Source: Candidatus Yonathbacteria bacterium RIFCSPLOWO2_01_FULL_43_27
Lineage (GTDB): Bacteria > Patescibacteriota > Minisyncoccia > Phycocordibacterales > UBA1550
Length of the DNA: 62,280 bases
Assembly (NCBI GenBank): GCA_001823545.1
Contig: MHUV01000001.1
Location: 37,849-100,128 of the forward strand
Direction of reading: 5' to 3'
Shown: positions 24,854-34,951 of the stretch, in pieces
Layout: the number at the start of each line of letters is the position of its first letter
How positions within the stretch are numbered: the first letter of the stretch is position 1
The notes under the pieces: generated by a model
Seen by the model: the letters and a program-made list of their open reading frames with translations, nothing else
Database searches by the model: none
What the model was told of the DNA's origin: nothing
Position numbers and translations under genes: made by a program

Positions 24854-27229
24854 CTACGCTACACGTAGAGATCCCCACCTCTCCCCTTCTTTCACACTCA
24901 CCGTCGTCGGAACAGGGAAATCACATGCATGTTCCATAGCATTTTTAATAACCGTGCGCGCTGTTTCTACCGCGCTCTCCTCTACTTCAAACAAAAGTTC
25001 ATCATGAATTTGAAGAAGGAGGTGCGCTTTTTGCGAAAGCTCTGCTTCGATAATACCATCGTGTACTTTCTTCATCGCCATTTTAATAATATCTGCAGCG
25101 GTACCTTGGAGTGGCGCATTCATTGCCATACGCTCTGCACTTGCGCGAATATACGGAATCGGCGAGATGAGCCCCGCAAAGAAACGACGGCGGCCAAAAT
25201 AGGTCGTCGTGTACCCATCTTTTTTTGCGCGGGATTTTACGTCTTCAAAATACTGTCCAATTTTTGGGAACGTAACAAAATAATTATCATAAAATTCTTG
25301 TGCTTCTGCGCGTGTGGAACCGAGGTTATCTTTAAGTGCATTCACCCCCATCCCATACACGATGCCAAAGTTGATAACCTTGGCACGACGACGCATTTCA
25401 GAAGTTACCTCGTGCGGAGCTACCTTGAACACACGTGACGCTACCGACGTATGTACATCAGCCCCTGTACGAAAAACTTCTTTGAGATTTTCATCATCCG
25501 AAAGTGCCGCAAGAACGCGCATTTCTATCTGCGAATAATCAAACGCAAGGAGGACGCTTCCCTTTGGCGCCACAAAGGCATTTCGTACGTCTTCGCCGTA
25601 CCCACCGCGCACGGGAATGTTTTGTAAATTAGGATTCGTTGATGACATACGTCCTGTCGTGGTACCTGCCTGATTGAGCGTCGTGTGGAGGCGCCCATCG
25701 GTATCGATCAGCGTTGACAAATTATCAACGTACGTAGAAAGTAATTTTTGAAGCTCGCGATAATCCAAAATCTCAGCAACAACAGGATGCGCGTCGCGTA
25801 GTTTCGCAAGCTCTGACTCACGGGTCGAACGTGCCCCTCCTTCTGTTTTTTTGAGACCCTTTGCGGTGAGCCTGAGTTTATCAAACAACACTTCGCCTAG
25901 CTGTTTTGGTGAATTAATATTAAATTCCATACCCGCCATCTCATAGATACGCGCGGTGCTTTCATCAAGCTTCTGATGATATGTTTCAGAAAGTTTTTTG
26001 AGATGTGTGGTGTCCACAAGAATACCATACGCCTGCGCTGACTCAATAATAGGAATGAGCGGAAGTTCTATGTCGCGATACACACCACCAAGTCCTGTTT
26101 GTTCGATGCGCGCTTCAAGCTCACGGTATGCCTCTGTAAAGTTTTTCTTTTTTGTGTAGTGGATCATATCATCGAGCGATGGTGTAGTGAGATCAGAATT
26201 GAGGAGCCACAATGCAATCTGTGCTTTTTTAAAGAGTGCAGGAGATGGCACTTCTTCTATTTCTTTTGATGCAGATTCTTCATCGCTTGAGGTACCATTT
26301 TTCGAAACTTCCTTCAAACGTTCTTTTAATCCACGAAACTCAAGTTCTGCAAAAAGTTTTTCTGCGCGCGCAGGTTCGAAGTTTTCCTTCCACTCTTTTT
26401 CAGGGAGCGCAAAATCAATCGGTGCGTCACGACGTACCGTTGCCAGTGTTTTAGAAAAAAGCGCCTCATCTTCTCCCTCTTCGAGTAGTTTTATAATGCG
26501 TGGCGAAATACCTGCCTTACGAAATGTTTCGTATTCTTTTGACGCATCTTTTTTAAATTTTTTATAGATTTCTTCCACGGAACCAAAGGCAGTAATGAGG
26601 GTGGTTGCGGTCTTTTCTCCAATACCCGCAATGCCAATAATATTATCCGATGGATCACCACGAAGTCCTTTGTAGTCGGGTAACAGCTTTGGAGTAAAGC
26701 CAAATCTCGCGACGACAGCTTTTTCATCGTACAAAATAGTATCATTCAATCCTTTTTTAAGGGTGTACACGAGTACGCGGTCGTCATCAACAAGTTGCAG
26801 GGTGTCCATATCACCTGAGGCAATAATAATACGAAGGTCTTTCTTATCCTTCATCTTTTCAACAATCGTTGCCAAGAGATCGTCTGCCTCGAACCCCGCA
26901 AGCTCATATGCGGGGATACCGAGTGCGGAGAACACATCACGAGAACGCTTGATCTGATGCACGAGTGCGTCCTCTGCCTTGGCACGCCCCATCTTGTAGG
27001 CATCGTATGCTTCGTGACGGAATGTTGGTTGAGGTAAATCAAAACAACCGGCAATATAATCGGGCTTCAACTCTTTAATAATTTTAAGCAACATTGTAGA
27101 AAGCCCGTACGTTGCTCCTGTTGGCTCGCCCGTACTTGAAACAAACTCGGGCAGTGCATGGTATGCACGATGCAAAATCGCATGCGCATCGAGAAGGACA
27201 AGGGTTTTCATGGGGGAAGATTTCTTCAT
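24854..27229 (-). CDS. polA: DNA polymerase I (5'-3' nuclease + polymerase domains)
   Basis: LLDAHAILHRAYHAL and GIAGIGEKTA (5' nuclease/H3TH). DYSQIEMRVLA, RRRAKVINFGIVYG and QIHDELLFE (family A polymerase motifs A, B and C). Confidence 0.95.
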   Translation of the reverse strand: MKKSSPMKTLVLLDAHAILHRAYHALPEFVSSTGEPTGATYGLSTMLLKIIKELKPDYIAGCFDLPQPTFRHEAYDAYKMGRAKAEDALVHQIKRSRDVFSALGIPAYELAGFEADDLLATIVEKMKDKKDLRIIIASGDMDTLQLVDDDRVLVYTLKKGLNDTILYDEKAVVARFGFTPKLLPDYKGLRGDPSDNIIGIAGIGEKTATTLITAFGSVEEIYKKFKKDASKEYETFRKAGISPRIIKLLEEGEDEALFSKTLATVRRDAPIDFALPEKEWKENFEPARAEKLFAELEFRGLKERLKEVSKNGTSSDEESASKEIEEVPSPALFKKAQIALWLLNSDLTTPSLDDMIHYTKKKNFTEAYRELEARIEQTGLGGVYRDIELPLIPIIESAQAYGILVDTTHLKKLSETYHQKLDESTARIYEMAGMEFNINSPKQLGEVLFDKLRLTAKGLKKTEGGARSTRESELAKLRDAHPVVAEILDYRELQKLLSTYVDNLSTLIDTDGRLHTTLNQAGTTTGRMSSTNPNLQNIPVRGGYGEDVRNAFVAPKGSVLLAFDYSQIEMRVLAALSDDENLKEVFRTGADVHTSVASRVFKVAPHEVTSEMRRRAKVINFGIVYGMGVNALKDNLGSTRAEAQEFYDNYFVTFPKIGQYFEDVKSRAKKDGYTTTYFGRRRFFAGLISPIPYIRASAERMAMNAPLQGTAADIIKMAMKKVHDGIIEAELSQKAHLLLQIHDELLFEVEESAVETARTVIKNAMEHACDFPVPTTVSVKEGERWGSLRVA

Positions 27230-27231
27230 AA

Positions 27232-27684
27232 TTAAAATGTTATGTTTCTTGTGTGCTCGTCTACATATTCAAAAAAAAGTGAAAAGGTTTCCTGTGGCAT
27301 TACCTCAGCAACCTGTTCTGGCCATTCTATGAAAATAATATTTTGGGGGTCGTGAATGATTGTACCCCAATCCAGTGCATGCATTTCATTGCCAGACTCT
27401 AAACGATACGCATCAATATGGATGAATCGTGAGAAACGCTCACCAAAAATTGGATTTTTTGAAATGGTATATATTTTTTCCAAAATAAATGTAGGACTCG
27501 TGATAGTTTCTTGTATGCCAAGAATATCCGCGGCACACTTCACAAATGCCGTCTTCCCTGCACCGAGGTCTCCCGAAATCCCGACTACCGTTGCCTGATC
27601 TGCCGTCCGGGTACGAGCGATTTTCCGCAATATCTCCTCTGTAATATTGCGCAATTCTGCCACACTGTGAGCCGTCTTTATCAT
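27232..27684 (-). CDS. tsaE: tRNA t6A37 biosynthesis ATPase TsaE
   Basis: ISGDLGAGKTAFVK Walker A, SPTFIL, HIDAYRL. Confidence 0.85.
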   Translation of the reverse strand: MIKTAHSVAELRNITEEILRKIARTRTADQATVVGISGDLGAGKTAFVKCAADILGIQETITSPTFILEKIYTISKNPIFGERFSRFIHIDAYRLESGNEMHALDWGTIIHDPQNIIFIEWPEQVAEVMPQETFSLFFEYVDEHTRNITF

Positions 27685-27777
27685 TGGTTCATCTTACCAT
27701 AGCGTTACAGAACTCAGAACATAATAAAACCCCCTCCCGTTGTTGCGGAAGGGGGTTAAAACTGTTGTGCGTTAGGC

Positions 27778-28308
27778 TCAAGGGATCTTATAAGCAAACC
27801 CTCCTTCGGAGTTCCAGGAATCATAATCCTTGGCTCCGTGGGCGCAAATCCACTCCTTGTCACCATAACGATCAACGCACAGCGAGATCAGGCTATCCTC
27901 GAAACTCCGTACTGGTGCATGCATTACGGCAATCCACCAGAGCCCCATTTCCTCGAGCTCCTTGTTTGAAAATTTTTCCCGAAGAAGAAAGGTTACCTCG
28001 ATTTCCGGTATGGCTAAACCTTTTATGTGGCCGATTTCATGAGCGCTAATAGTATAACGCTCATTCGAAGGAAGGATTGTGCTCTTGAAGATGACAAGCT
28101 CGGTTTGAACACCAAGGGTAGGAGTAAACCTTGGAGACAGGAGGATTTTCTTTGTCTCGCTACAAACAAATCCCCCTCGGCTCTCGAAGCGTTCAATCCA
28201 CCTTTCTCCCGTCACACCCCTGGAAAGTACCGAACAATGAATGACTCCTCCTTCGTCGCGCCATTTTGGCTCCATGTCCGACGTGTTAGCCCCATGATGG
28301 TCTTCCAT
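27778..28308 (-). CDS. hypothetical protein, paralog of 33743..34264
   Basis: ATG at 28308 lies 6 nt after GGAGG. VIHCSVLSRGVTGERWIERFESRGGFVCSETKKILLSPRFTP aligns with RYHCFVQSYGITGKEWIGILTQKGFPVEPSAKSVLCSPDFKV. Confidence 0.6.
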   Translation of the reverse strand: MEDHHGANTSDMEPKWRDEGGVIHCSVLSRGVTGERWIERFESRGGFVCSETKKILLSPRFTPTLGVQTELVIFKSTILPSNERYTISAHEIGHIKGLAIPEIEVTFLLREKFSNKELEEMGLWWIAVMHAPVRSFEDSLISLCVDRYGDKEWICAHGAKDYDSWNSEGGFAYKIP

Positions 28309-28493
28309 CGACACCTCCTCGCCTCACGTTTTTTATTTTTTAAAACTCTTCTATAAGAATGCTCTTTCGATGAGGATTTGTCAACAAAAAAAAGCTATCC
28401 ACGGTATGTTGTGGATAGCCCACTTTTTGTGCCCAGCTGTAGTAAAACTACGTGAGCACAAAAGTCCTGATTTTTCAGGATTAAAAACGATTG

Positions 28494-29414
28494 TTACAAG
28501 ACAAAAGCCGAGATGAAACCGGCAAATTTACTGACGTCGTGGTGGTATCGGGTAAGCAACCTTACACCGCCGTCATAGAAAATAAAGGACAGTGCATACG
28601 AGAAGTCACCATCGCCGGACGGAGCAAATTCATCACCAATACAGACCATGTCCAGTTGCTCCCAGCGAACAAGTCGTTCAGGGTGAACCAACGCGATCGA
28701 ACCGACTGCGAGACTTCCCAGACCAAACTCATTGGGTACGAAAGCTTCACAGGCGTGATGTATAGAACGACCACGGTACCGCATACCAAGCTGAGCAGCA
28801 ACGATATGGATGTCGCCCGGCTGTTTCTTTGCGATAAGATCGAATGCTTGCGCCGTACGTGCAGAAACCCGTAACCGTTTCGGCGTAAGGTGATTACCCC
28901 GGTAGTGATAAAACGATCGCGTCGCCGCGATCTTTCTATGTACAAATTGTACGGCATGACAGTACTTATCGGCAGGATCGAGCACTTTCGGGAAATGCTT
29001 CTCGGCAATGGCGTCCACGGAAGGAACCGCAAACCACCCAACCCACTCCTCGGTATCATTAGGAAGCTGTGGTAGATTCTTGGCGAACTCGAGCGCATTA
29101 CTCGGGTCAAGATCGAAGTTTTCGGCGATTATCTTAATTTGGTCGATAATCGGCCGAGGTCCCTTGTATTCCTTCGGGTACGAATAACTAAAGCAAACTT
29201 TCTCGTTCGTGCACTGATTTGAGACCAAGAATTCCTTGATGCACGTAGTAACGCACGTTTGAAACTCATCACCATTCTCAACAAGCTTCTGCAACCCATC
29301 TTTGCCAAGCTCGGCTTCCAGCAAGGCCTTGTTCGCAGCATCTTCTATGTATTGCTTGTATTTTTCCCGCTGTTCATCGGTGATCGGCTGTACCGTCATC
29401 GTCTTTGACATCAT
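28494..29414 (-). CDS. hypothetical protein (306 aa), no recognisable domain
   Basis: Long ORF with AAGGAGG SD. Three consecutive hairpins lie downstream at 28385-28485. Confidence 0.6.
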   Translation of the reverse strand: MMSKTMTVQPITDEQREKYKQYIEDAANKALLEAELGKDGLQKLVENGDEFQTCVTTCIKEFLVSNQCTNEKVCFSYSYPKEYKGPRPIIDQIKIIAENFDLDPSNALEFAKNLPQLPNDTEEWVGWFAVPSVDAIAEKHFPKVLDPADKYCHAVQFVHRKIAATRSFYHYRGNHLTPKRLRVSARTAQAFDLIAKKQPGDIHIVAAQLGMRYRGRSIHHACEAFVPNEFGLGSLAVGSIALVHPERLVRWEQLDMVCIGDEFAPSGDGDFSYALSFIFYDGGVRLLTRYHHDVSKFAGFISAFVL

Positions 29415-29562
29415 TCACCTCCTTTTGCTTGAACTACCTGAATCGCTCAGGCCAGCGTCTGCCTCGATACGAGACGAGAGCACTAGGTGTAAAATTTACA
29501 CCCCATGCTCTCGTCTCGTAGTTATCGCAGATTCAAAGAACTAAGATTGACCATCTCAAACA

Positions 29563-31665
29563 CTATATTCTCCTTACTGACATTCTACCATAAAGTGTAT
29601 TACCAAGAAGAACCAAAGCGAGGATAAGGATAAGAAGGAGGAGCCATCCAAAAAGTGATGTGGGGAGAAATGCTCCGCTATCAAAGATACTTGCACCAAG
29701 TACGTTCTGTGTGTAGCCTCCATGCTGGGTAACATACGCAACGGCATCACCCTGAATATTTTTTGCAGTGGTGTACACCATATGTACCGTTACAACAATG
29801 AGCTCCCCTTGATTAAGGGTGCGTGAGGCAATTGCGCTCACAAAGATATCACCATTATCTCCCGGAGCAAGGGTGCCAAGTTCTACTGCTACAGAATTAT
29901 CTGAAGGAGAAATACTTCCTCTATCTGTACTACGTACGATCATCTGCTGAGGAAATGCAACACGAAGTACGACATTTTTAAGTGTCTGTGTGCTTTTGTT
30001 TTCCCACGCAATACGGTAGCCACGTTGTTCACCGCGCGCAACAGTTTCAGAACCACCATCAATCGTAAGTGAAACGGGAGATGAAACACCCTCACCTGTC
30101 GTTATGGTAGTCATTTTTTTGTAAACAGTCGGAGCTTTATAGACAGGAGTCACCACCACAGGGGTGTATTGTGTTTGTGCTACAAAACTTACAATCGTTC
30201 CGTATGCTTTACCATTAACATTTTCTGCAACCGCGCGATAGTAATACGTTTGACCGTTTGAAAGTCCCGAGATAACATCCGAGTGCTTGTATGAAGGAAG
30301 AGATCCGATATTGGCTGTTTGTGTTTTAAATCCAAGACCTGTTGTAGTACCCCACTCAAACCATGCATTTGATGATTGATTTTGAGAAGCAAATACCAAA
30401 CCATTAAGCTTTGCCGTAGTGCCGGTCATTTCTGTTGCAAGAAGTGTTGACACAACAGGAGCCAAACCTCCAGGATATGGACTTCCACCAGAAACCGTCG
30501 TAAAGCTAAGCGTGTTCCCATAGACCGTACCCTGTGAATTGCGGGCAACGATGCGGAAATAATACGTAGTATTCGCCATAAGGCCCGTCAACGTTGCGCT
30601 TGAGTTTGAAGCACTTGTCCCCTGACTTGCGTATGAGGTTGAATTACCAAGATTAGTAGTCTGTCCCCATTCAAACCATCGCGTTGTATCGCTCGTGCCA
30701 CGTGGGTCAACATATCCATTTAAAACTGCGTAATCAGTATACACATTTGCACTGTTGGTACTTACAACAGGAAGATTACTAGAGGGATACGGATATGAGC
30801 TCTCAAGGGTGGTGAAACTAACCTGATTTCCGTACACGATACTACCTTGAGTATTTTGTGCTACAGCACGATAGTAGTACGTTGTGCTTGGAGACAAACC
30901 AGAGAGCGTTGATGAAAAATTAGTAGATTGAGTTCCGTATGAGATCTGTGACGTTGAATTACCAAAAGATGAAGAAGTAGTTCCCCACTCAAACCAGACA
31001 TTTGAAGAAACTCCATTGCTATTGATATACCCATTGAGCGTAGCACTATTCGCCATAATGTTCGTAGCTCCATTTGTCGTAACATACGGTGTTCCACTAA
31101 TTGGACCCGTTGCTGAAACCTGGAAACTTACTGTAACCGATCCTTGTGATGGCCAGCCAGGGGAAATGGGACCGAGATTAAGTCCTGTTCCATTAAAAAG
31201 TTCTGCACCTGTCTGTCCATAAAGAAGACCTGTAGATGTTAATCGTTGGTTTGCATACCAATTTACACTACCAGGAATATAAGAAAGTGACTGTGATGAA
31301 TTAAGATGCACGGTTGCCGATCCGATAACAGACGGAGCGTTGTCGGCGGTTACTGTTGCCGTAAACGAATGTGTTGTTCCTGAACCAGTAGTCTGTGGCG
31401 CCAAACGAACACGCACGTTGTTTGCCGTGTCAGAGCTGGTCGTATGGTAGTAGATTGCAAAAGAGACAACTTGTCCCTCTGTCGCAGATGCCGAACTTGC
31501 CCACGCAGTCGTCGTACCAGCGGGGTTTGTTGTCTTGTTTGCCACGCGAAGCGTTGCAAAGTCCTGTGGATCATTATTAAGCGTTGCGGCAAATGACGCA
31601 AGAGGCGCAATAAAAACCACTGCCACGATGAGTGCTCCTATAGTTTTTTTGATAAGATTTTTCAT
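29563..31665 (-). CDS. cell-surface protein with three Fn3-like WFEWG repeats, signal peptide and C-terminal TM anchor
   Basis: Repeats such as NVWFEWGTT...LSGLSPSTTYYYRAVAQN...VSFTT occur three times. N-terminal signal, C-terminal LLLLILILALVLLG. Confidence 0.75.
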   Translation of the reverse strand: MKNLIKKTIGALIVAVVFIAPLASFAATLNNDPQDFATLRVANKTTNPAGTTTAWASSASATEGQVVSFAIYYHTTSSDTANNVRVRLAPQTTGSGTTHSFTATVTADNAPSVIGSATVHLNSSQSLSYIPGSVNWYANQRLTSTGLLYGQTGAELFNGTGLNLGPISPGWPSQGSVTVSFQVSATGPISGTPYVTTNGATNIMANSATLNGYINSNGVSSNVWFEWGTTSSSFGNSTSQISYGTQSTNFSSTLSGLSPSTTYYYRAVAQNTQGSIVYGNQVSFTTLESSYPYPSSNLPVVSTNSANVYTDYAVLNGYVDPRGTSDTTRWFEWGQTTNLGNSTSYASQGTSASNSSATLTGLMANTTYYFRIVARNSQGTVYGNTLSFTTVSGGSPYPGGLAPVVSTLLATEMTGTTAKLNGLVFASQNQSSNAWFEWGTTTGLGFKTQTANIGSLPSYKHSDVISGLSNGQTYYYRAVAENVNGKAYGTIVSFVAQTQYTPVVVTPVYKAPTVYKKMTTITTGEGVSSPVSLTIDGGSETVARGEQRGYRIAWENKSTQTLKNVVLRVAFPQQMIVRSTDRGSISPSDNSVAVELGTLAPGDNGDIFVSAIASRTLNQGELIVVTVHMVYTTAKNIQGDAVAYVTQHGGYTQNVLGASIFDSGAFLPTSLFGWLLLLILILALVLLGNTLYGRMSVRRI

Positions 31666-31807
31666 AATTTTTTTTTACTAATTATTAATATATCAACGCT
31701 GTACGTTCAACCGTTTGTACATTTTCAAATTTTCGAATCACATTCATTTCAAAAACTTGAAAATATAGGGCGCGATGTTCTGCGCCCTAAGTTGTAAAGA
31801 ACTGTTA

Positions 31808-32704
31808 CTACCACAAAGGAGGACTGACTGGACCACCAGAGAGTGGCGGATTAGCAGGTGCTCCGCCTCGAGGAGAACCTCCATCCCCCCACTTTATGAG
31901 ACCAGCAATAGGACCAATAATGCATCCCGTCCAGCCCCAGTTCTCTCCACCAAGTCGGCGTCCGAAGTATGTTCCTCCAGCGCCAGCTGCAGCACCAGTG
32001 ACCGCTCCCGTTGCCCCGCTTCTTGAGTAGCCAACAAGGCCACCCGCTAATGGACAGAAGACGTACTGTGCGATAGCTGTACCTTTGCCTGGAGTAGAAA
32101 CCTCAACCTTTGCAGCGCACGAGGCACTTCCGTCAGGGTGTATCGCTTCAATAAGGCCAGGAAACGACTTTCCGCTGGCACTATCGGTCGCAGTACATGG
32201 ATCCCCAACACGATAGACTGGAGTTGCCGGAGTTGAAGGAAAGAGTGGAGCCTGTTGTACTTCCACTTTTTTCTCCGCCTCTGGAGCCTCTGGAAGCTTC
32301 GGCGTGGGGTACGAGATTGAATACACTTTATTCCCGCAATCATGGCGAGCATATGGTGTATCCTTAAGGGTCCCATCCGCATTTTTTTTAAAGCGGAATT
32401 CTGTCCCCTCTGCCTGAGGAACAAACCTTCTGCCAGCCGTTGTGTCCATTTCAACACAACCCACCCCTTCGAGTGGCGCCACCACGCTGTTGATATTATC
32501 AACGGGGTTCTTCTTGTGCCTATTAAAATACCTGGGAGTGTAAAACTTATACGCTTCCTCGCCGGCATTGACCGCCGACCAACACGCCTCCTTTGTTTCA
32601 AATATCGAAGGAGTTGCCCCCGTCGCATTCGCAACCTCTGCGAAGATCGTGAACATGATTACAACGCACACAAGAACCAAAGAAACCTTACTATTCCGTG
32701 CCAT
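31808..32704 (-). CDS. secreted hypothetical protein with C-terminal glycine-zipper-like segment
   Basis: ATG at 32704 lies 5 nt after GGAGG. Signal/TM VSLVLVCVVIMFTIFAEVANA. C-terminal GATGAVTGAAAGAGGTYFG...IIGPIAGLI. Confidence 0.6.
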   Translation of the reverse strand: MARNSKVSLVLVCVVIMFTIFAEVANATGATPSIFETKEACWSAVNAGEEAYKFYTPRYFNRHKKNPVDNINSVVAPLEGVGCVEMDTTAGRRFVPQAEGTEFRFKKNADGTLKDTPYARHDCGNKVYSISYPTPKLPEAPEAEKKVEVQQAPLFPSTPATPVYRVGDPCTATDSASGKSFPGLIEAIHPDGSASCAAKVEVSTPGKGTAIAQYVFCPLAGGLVGYSRSGATGAVTGAAAGAGGTYFGRRLGGENWGWTGCIIGPIAGLIKWGDGGSPRGGAPANPPLSGGPVSPPLW

Positions 32705-32856
32705 AGGCACCTCCTTGTATTTTTTTGAGGGCTTTTCCCCTCACGACTTATCTGTGTGCATTATATCATTTTCATACAAAAAGTCAACCCTCTTCTTGCC
32801 TAAGAAGAGGGTTGACTTTTTGTAGCACGATATTGAAGTACGATGAGTATATTTTC

Positions 32857-33600
32857 TTACGCTCCAGCGTTACGTGCTTTCTTTTTTGCTTCTTCAAGTA
32901 ACTTGCGTTCTTGGTTTGATTTGTAGACCATATGTGCAAGCAACACTACTACAAAAACTAAGATAAAAACAAGAACCCACCCAACGAGCGTCGCTGGAAG
33001 AATACCACCTCCAATGACTGATGCACTATTTGCATTCGTTGCTGTCGTCGTAACTTCACTTTTATTAGTGTTCGTGGTGCTTTTTTGTGCAACCTTACTG
33101 GACGCAACAACATTCTTTTTTGCCGTAACCGACGTTTTTGTCGTCTGCGTCGTATCCTTATATGGAGCAGGCGATACAGACGTAGTTACTACGACCGGTG
33201 TTACCACCGCTACCGCCTGCGTACTTTTCGTAGTGAACGAAACCGTAGATGAAGTTATCTTGTTCCCATCTCGATCCATTGCCACTGCGCGAAAGTAATA
33301 CACTGTCTGAGGTTTTAGATCACTAAGACGTGCATAAAAGGTTCCTGCTGTAGGAATGGTGGTCATTCCTGCTACCGGTTTTTCAAGCGCCTGAGTTTCT
33401 CCCCACTCAAACCATACGGAAGGATACCCCCACCCCTCACTCGTTACGCGCGCAACGAGATCTACTGAAGTCTCTGAAACAGTCGTTACTGTTGCAGGCG
33501 TTAATACAAGGCCTGCGGCAAACGCCGTATATGCATACGAAAAAAGACCCAAAACGATAATAGAACCGTATTTAATGATAGGAAAAATATTATTGTTCAT
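32857..33600 (-). CDS. surface protein with one Fn3-like WFEWG repeat and C-terminal TM anchor
   Basis: VWFEWGETQALEKPV...LSDLKPQTVYYFRAVAMD...VSFTT. Start set to the ATG at 33600 because a TTGACA-17-TAACAT promoter (33609-33637) overlaps the upstream ATG. Confidence 0.6.
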   Translation of the reverse strand: MNNNIFPIIKYGSIIVLGLFSYAYTAFAAGLVLTPATVTTVSETSVDLVARVTSEGWGYPSVWFEWGETQALEKPVAGMTTIPTAGTFYARLSDLKPQTVYYFRAVAMDRDGNKITSSTVSFTTKSTQAVAVVTPVVVTTSVSPAPYKDTTQTTKTSVTAKKNVVASSKVAQKSTTNTNKSEVTTTATNANSASVIGGGILPATLVGWVLVFILVFVVVLLAHMVYKSNQERKLLEEAKKKARNAGA

Positions 33601-33742
33601 AGGTGTATATGTTAGCATATTTTAATATGTTTGTCAAGCCAAAAACACCCAAGGACTCTCCTCGAAAAATTTGAGTGTTGTAGCACAAAGATAATACAAA
33701 ACCCCTCCTGGCGGACCAGAAGGGGCTGTTTTACAAGGTCTA

Positions 33743-34264
33743 TTACCTTATTTTTACATAGGCGTATCCGTCAACGCCGTGGAGCTTGCCGTTTCCTTTG
33801 TCGGACAAGGACGAAAGTCTCTGACCGTGTGTGCCATAACAAACAACAAGCACCCGCGGGAGACCATCATGAGCAACAATAGGTTCATGCCCGATGGCAA
33901 GCCTTTCGATCCTTAATGCCTTTAACTCGGGACCTTTAAGCTTGTCGCGGAGCATAGGAGCCATTTCGGCAGTTGGTGGAGCGTAGTTTTTAAACTCAGG
34001 AGTGTTAATGACCTTCTGCAGCGCATTAAGGTTGAAAATCACAATGATACTCCTCTCCCCTGACGTTACTTTAAAATCGGGAGAACAAAGCACGCTCTTT
34101 GCGCTCGGTTCGACAGGAAAACCTTTCTGTGTAAGAATTCCGATCCACTCCTTCCCTGTGATACCATAGCTCTGTACGAAACAGTGGTAACGCCCATCTT
34201 TTACAGCACCTTCCTGAAGCGCCTCTTTGAGTGGGGCAACATTCTTTGCCTTCCCCTTCACCAT
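33743..34264 (-). CDS. hypothetical protein, paralog of 27778..28308
   Basis: ATG at 34264 (MVKGKAKNV) with AGGAGGT SD. See the alignment under 27778..28308. Confidence 0.6.
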   Translation of the reverse strand: MVKGKAKNVAPLKEALQEGAVKDGRYHCFVQSYGITGKEWIGILTQKGFPVEPSAKSVLCSPDFKVTSGERSIIVIFNLNALQKVINTPEFKNYAPPTAEMAPMLRDKLKGPELKALRIERLAIGHEPIVAHDGLPRVLVVCYGTHGQRLSSLSDKGNGKLHGVDGYAYVKIR

Positions 34265-34399
34265 CGATATACCTCCTATATTTATTATTATGTGTTGTCG
34301 ACGAATTCCAACAATGAATATACTCTTGAAAATGACTATTGTCAAAAAAAACAGAGCAGGAATCCGGAGATTCCTGCTCTGTACAATAAACGTGTGGGG

Positions 34400-34801
34400 T
34401 CATTTCCATATAACCCCACGGGAGTTTCCTATGACACTCCCTCCGACACTCCGGCCATGATGGCCGTAACGTTCGTCGGTCGGCTTCTGCCCGAGGATAC
34501 TACGACAATCGTCGTAGTCAAGGTAGTTGTTCGATGCCCTCCTCATCTCGAAGCAAGCATCGTCCCAGACCTGCTGGTCCTTGATCAACTTTTTGCCGAT
34601 TGCGCGCGCCTGTATAACAAGAAGATCTTCCTCAACGACAGGAGGTATCCGGTATTGCTGTGGCACCACGATAGTTGTCGTAGGTGCAACAGCTACCGAT
34701 CCCGGAGGGGCCAACGAACTACGAACCGTTATTTCCTTTGTACCCGCACACCCGACAACAAGGGGCGCTAGAACGAACAGTGCCAACAAGAATTTCTTCA
34801 T
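34400..34801 (-). CDS. lipoprotein, function unknown
   Basis: MKKFLLALFVLAPLVVGCAG lipobox. Confidence 0.65.
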   Translation of the reverse strand: MKKFLLALFVLAPLVVGCAGTKEITVRSSLAPPGSVAVAPTTTIVVPQQYRIPPVVEEDLLVIQARAIGKKLIKDQQVWDDACFEMRRASNNYLDYDDCRSILGQKPTDERYGHHGRSVGGSVIGNSRGVIWK

Positions 34802-34951
34802 AAGGCCTCCTTTTCACATGAGTTTTCGCTCTGTGGAACTATTTTTTTTGAGAACTACCTTCTAAGTACATTATAACAAATCAATAGAATTTGTCAAGTA
34901 GTATTCTCTCTTCAAAAAACGTACAATATCAAGAGTTATATCGTCTTACTT

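Noticed and set aside
28385-28485. Three consecutive hairpins after the 306-aa gene, one containing CTATCCAC, considered as DnaA-box-like or regulatory
   Set aside because: The first hairpin has a T-run on the minus strand and is a normal terminator. The DnaA-box resemblance is partial and isolated.
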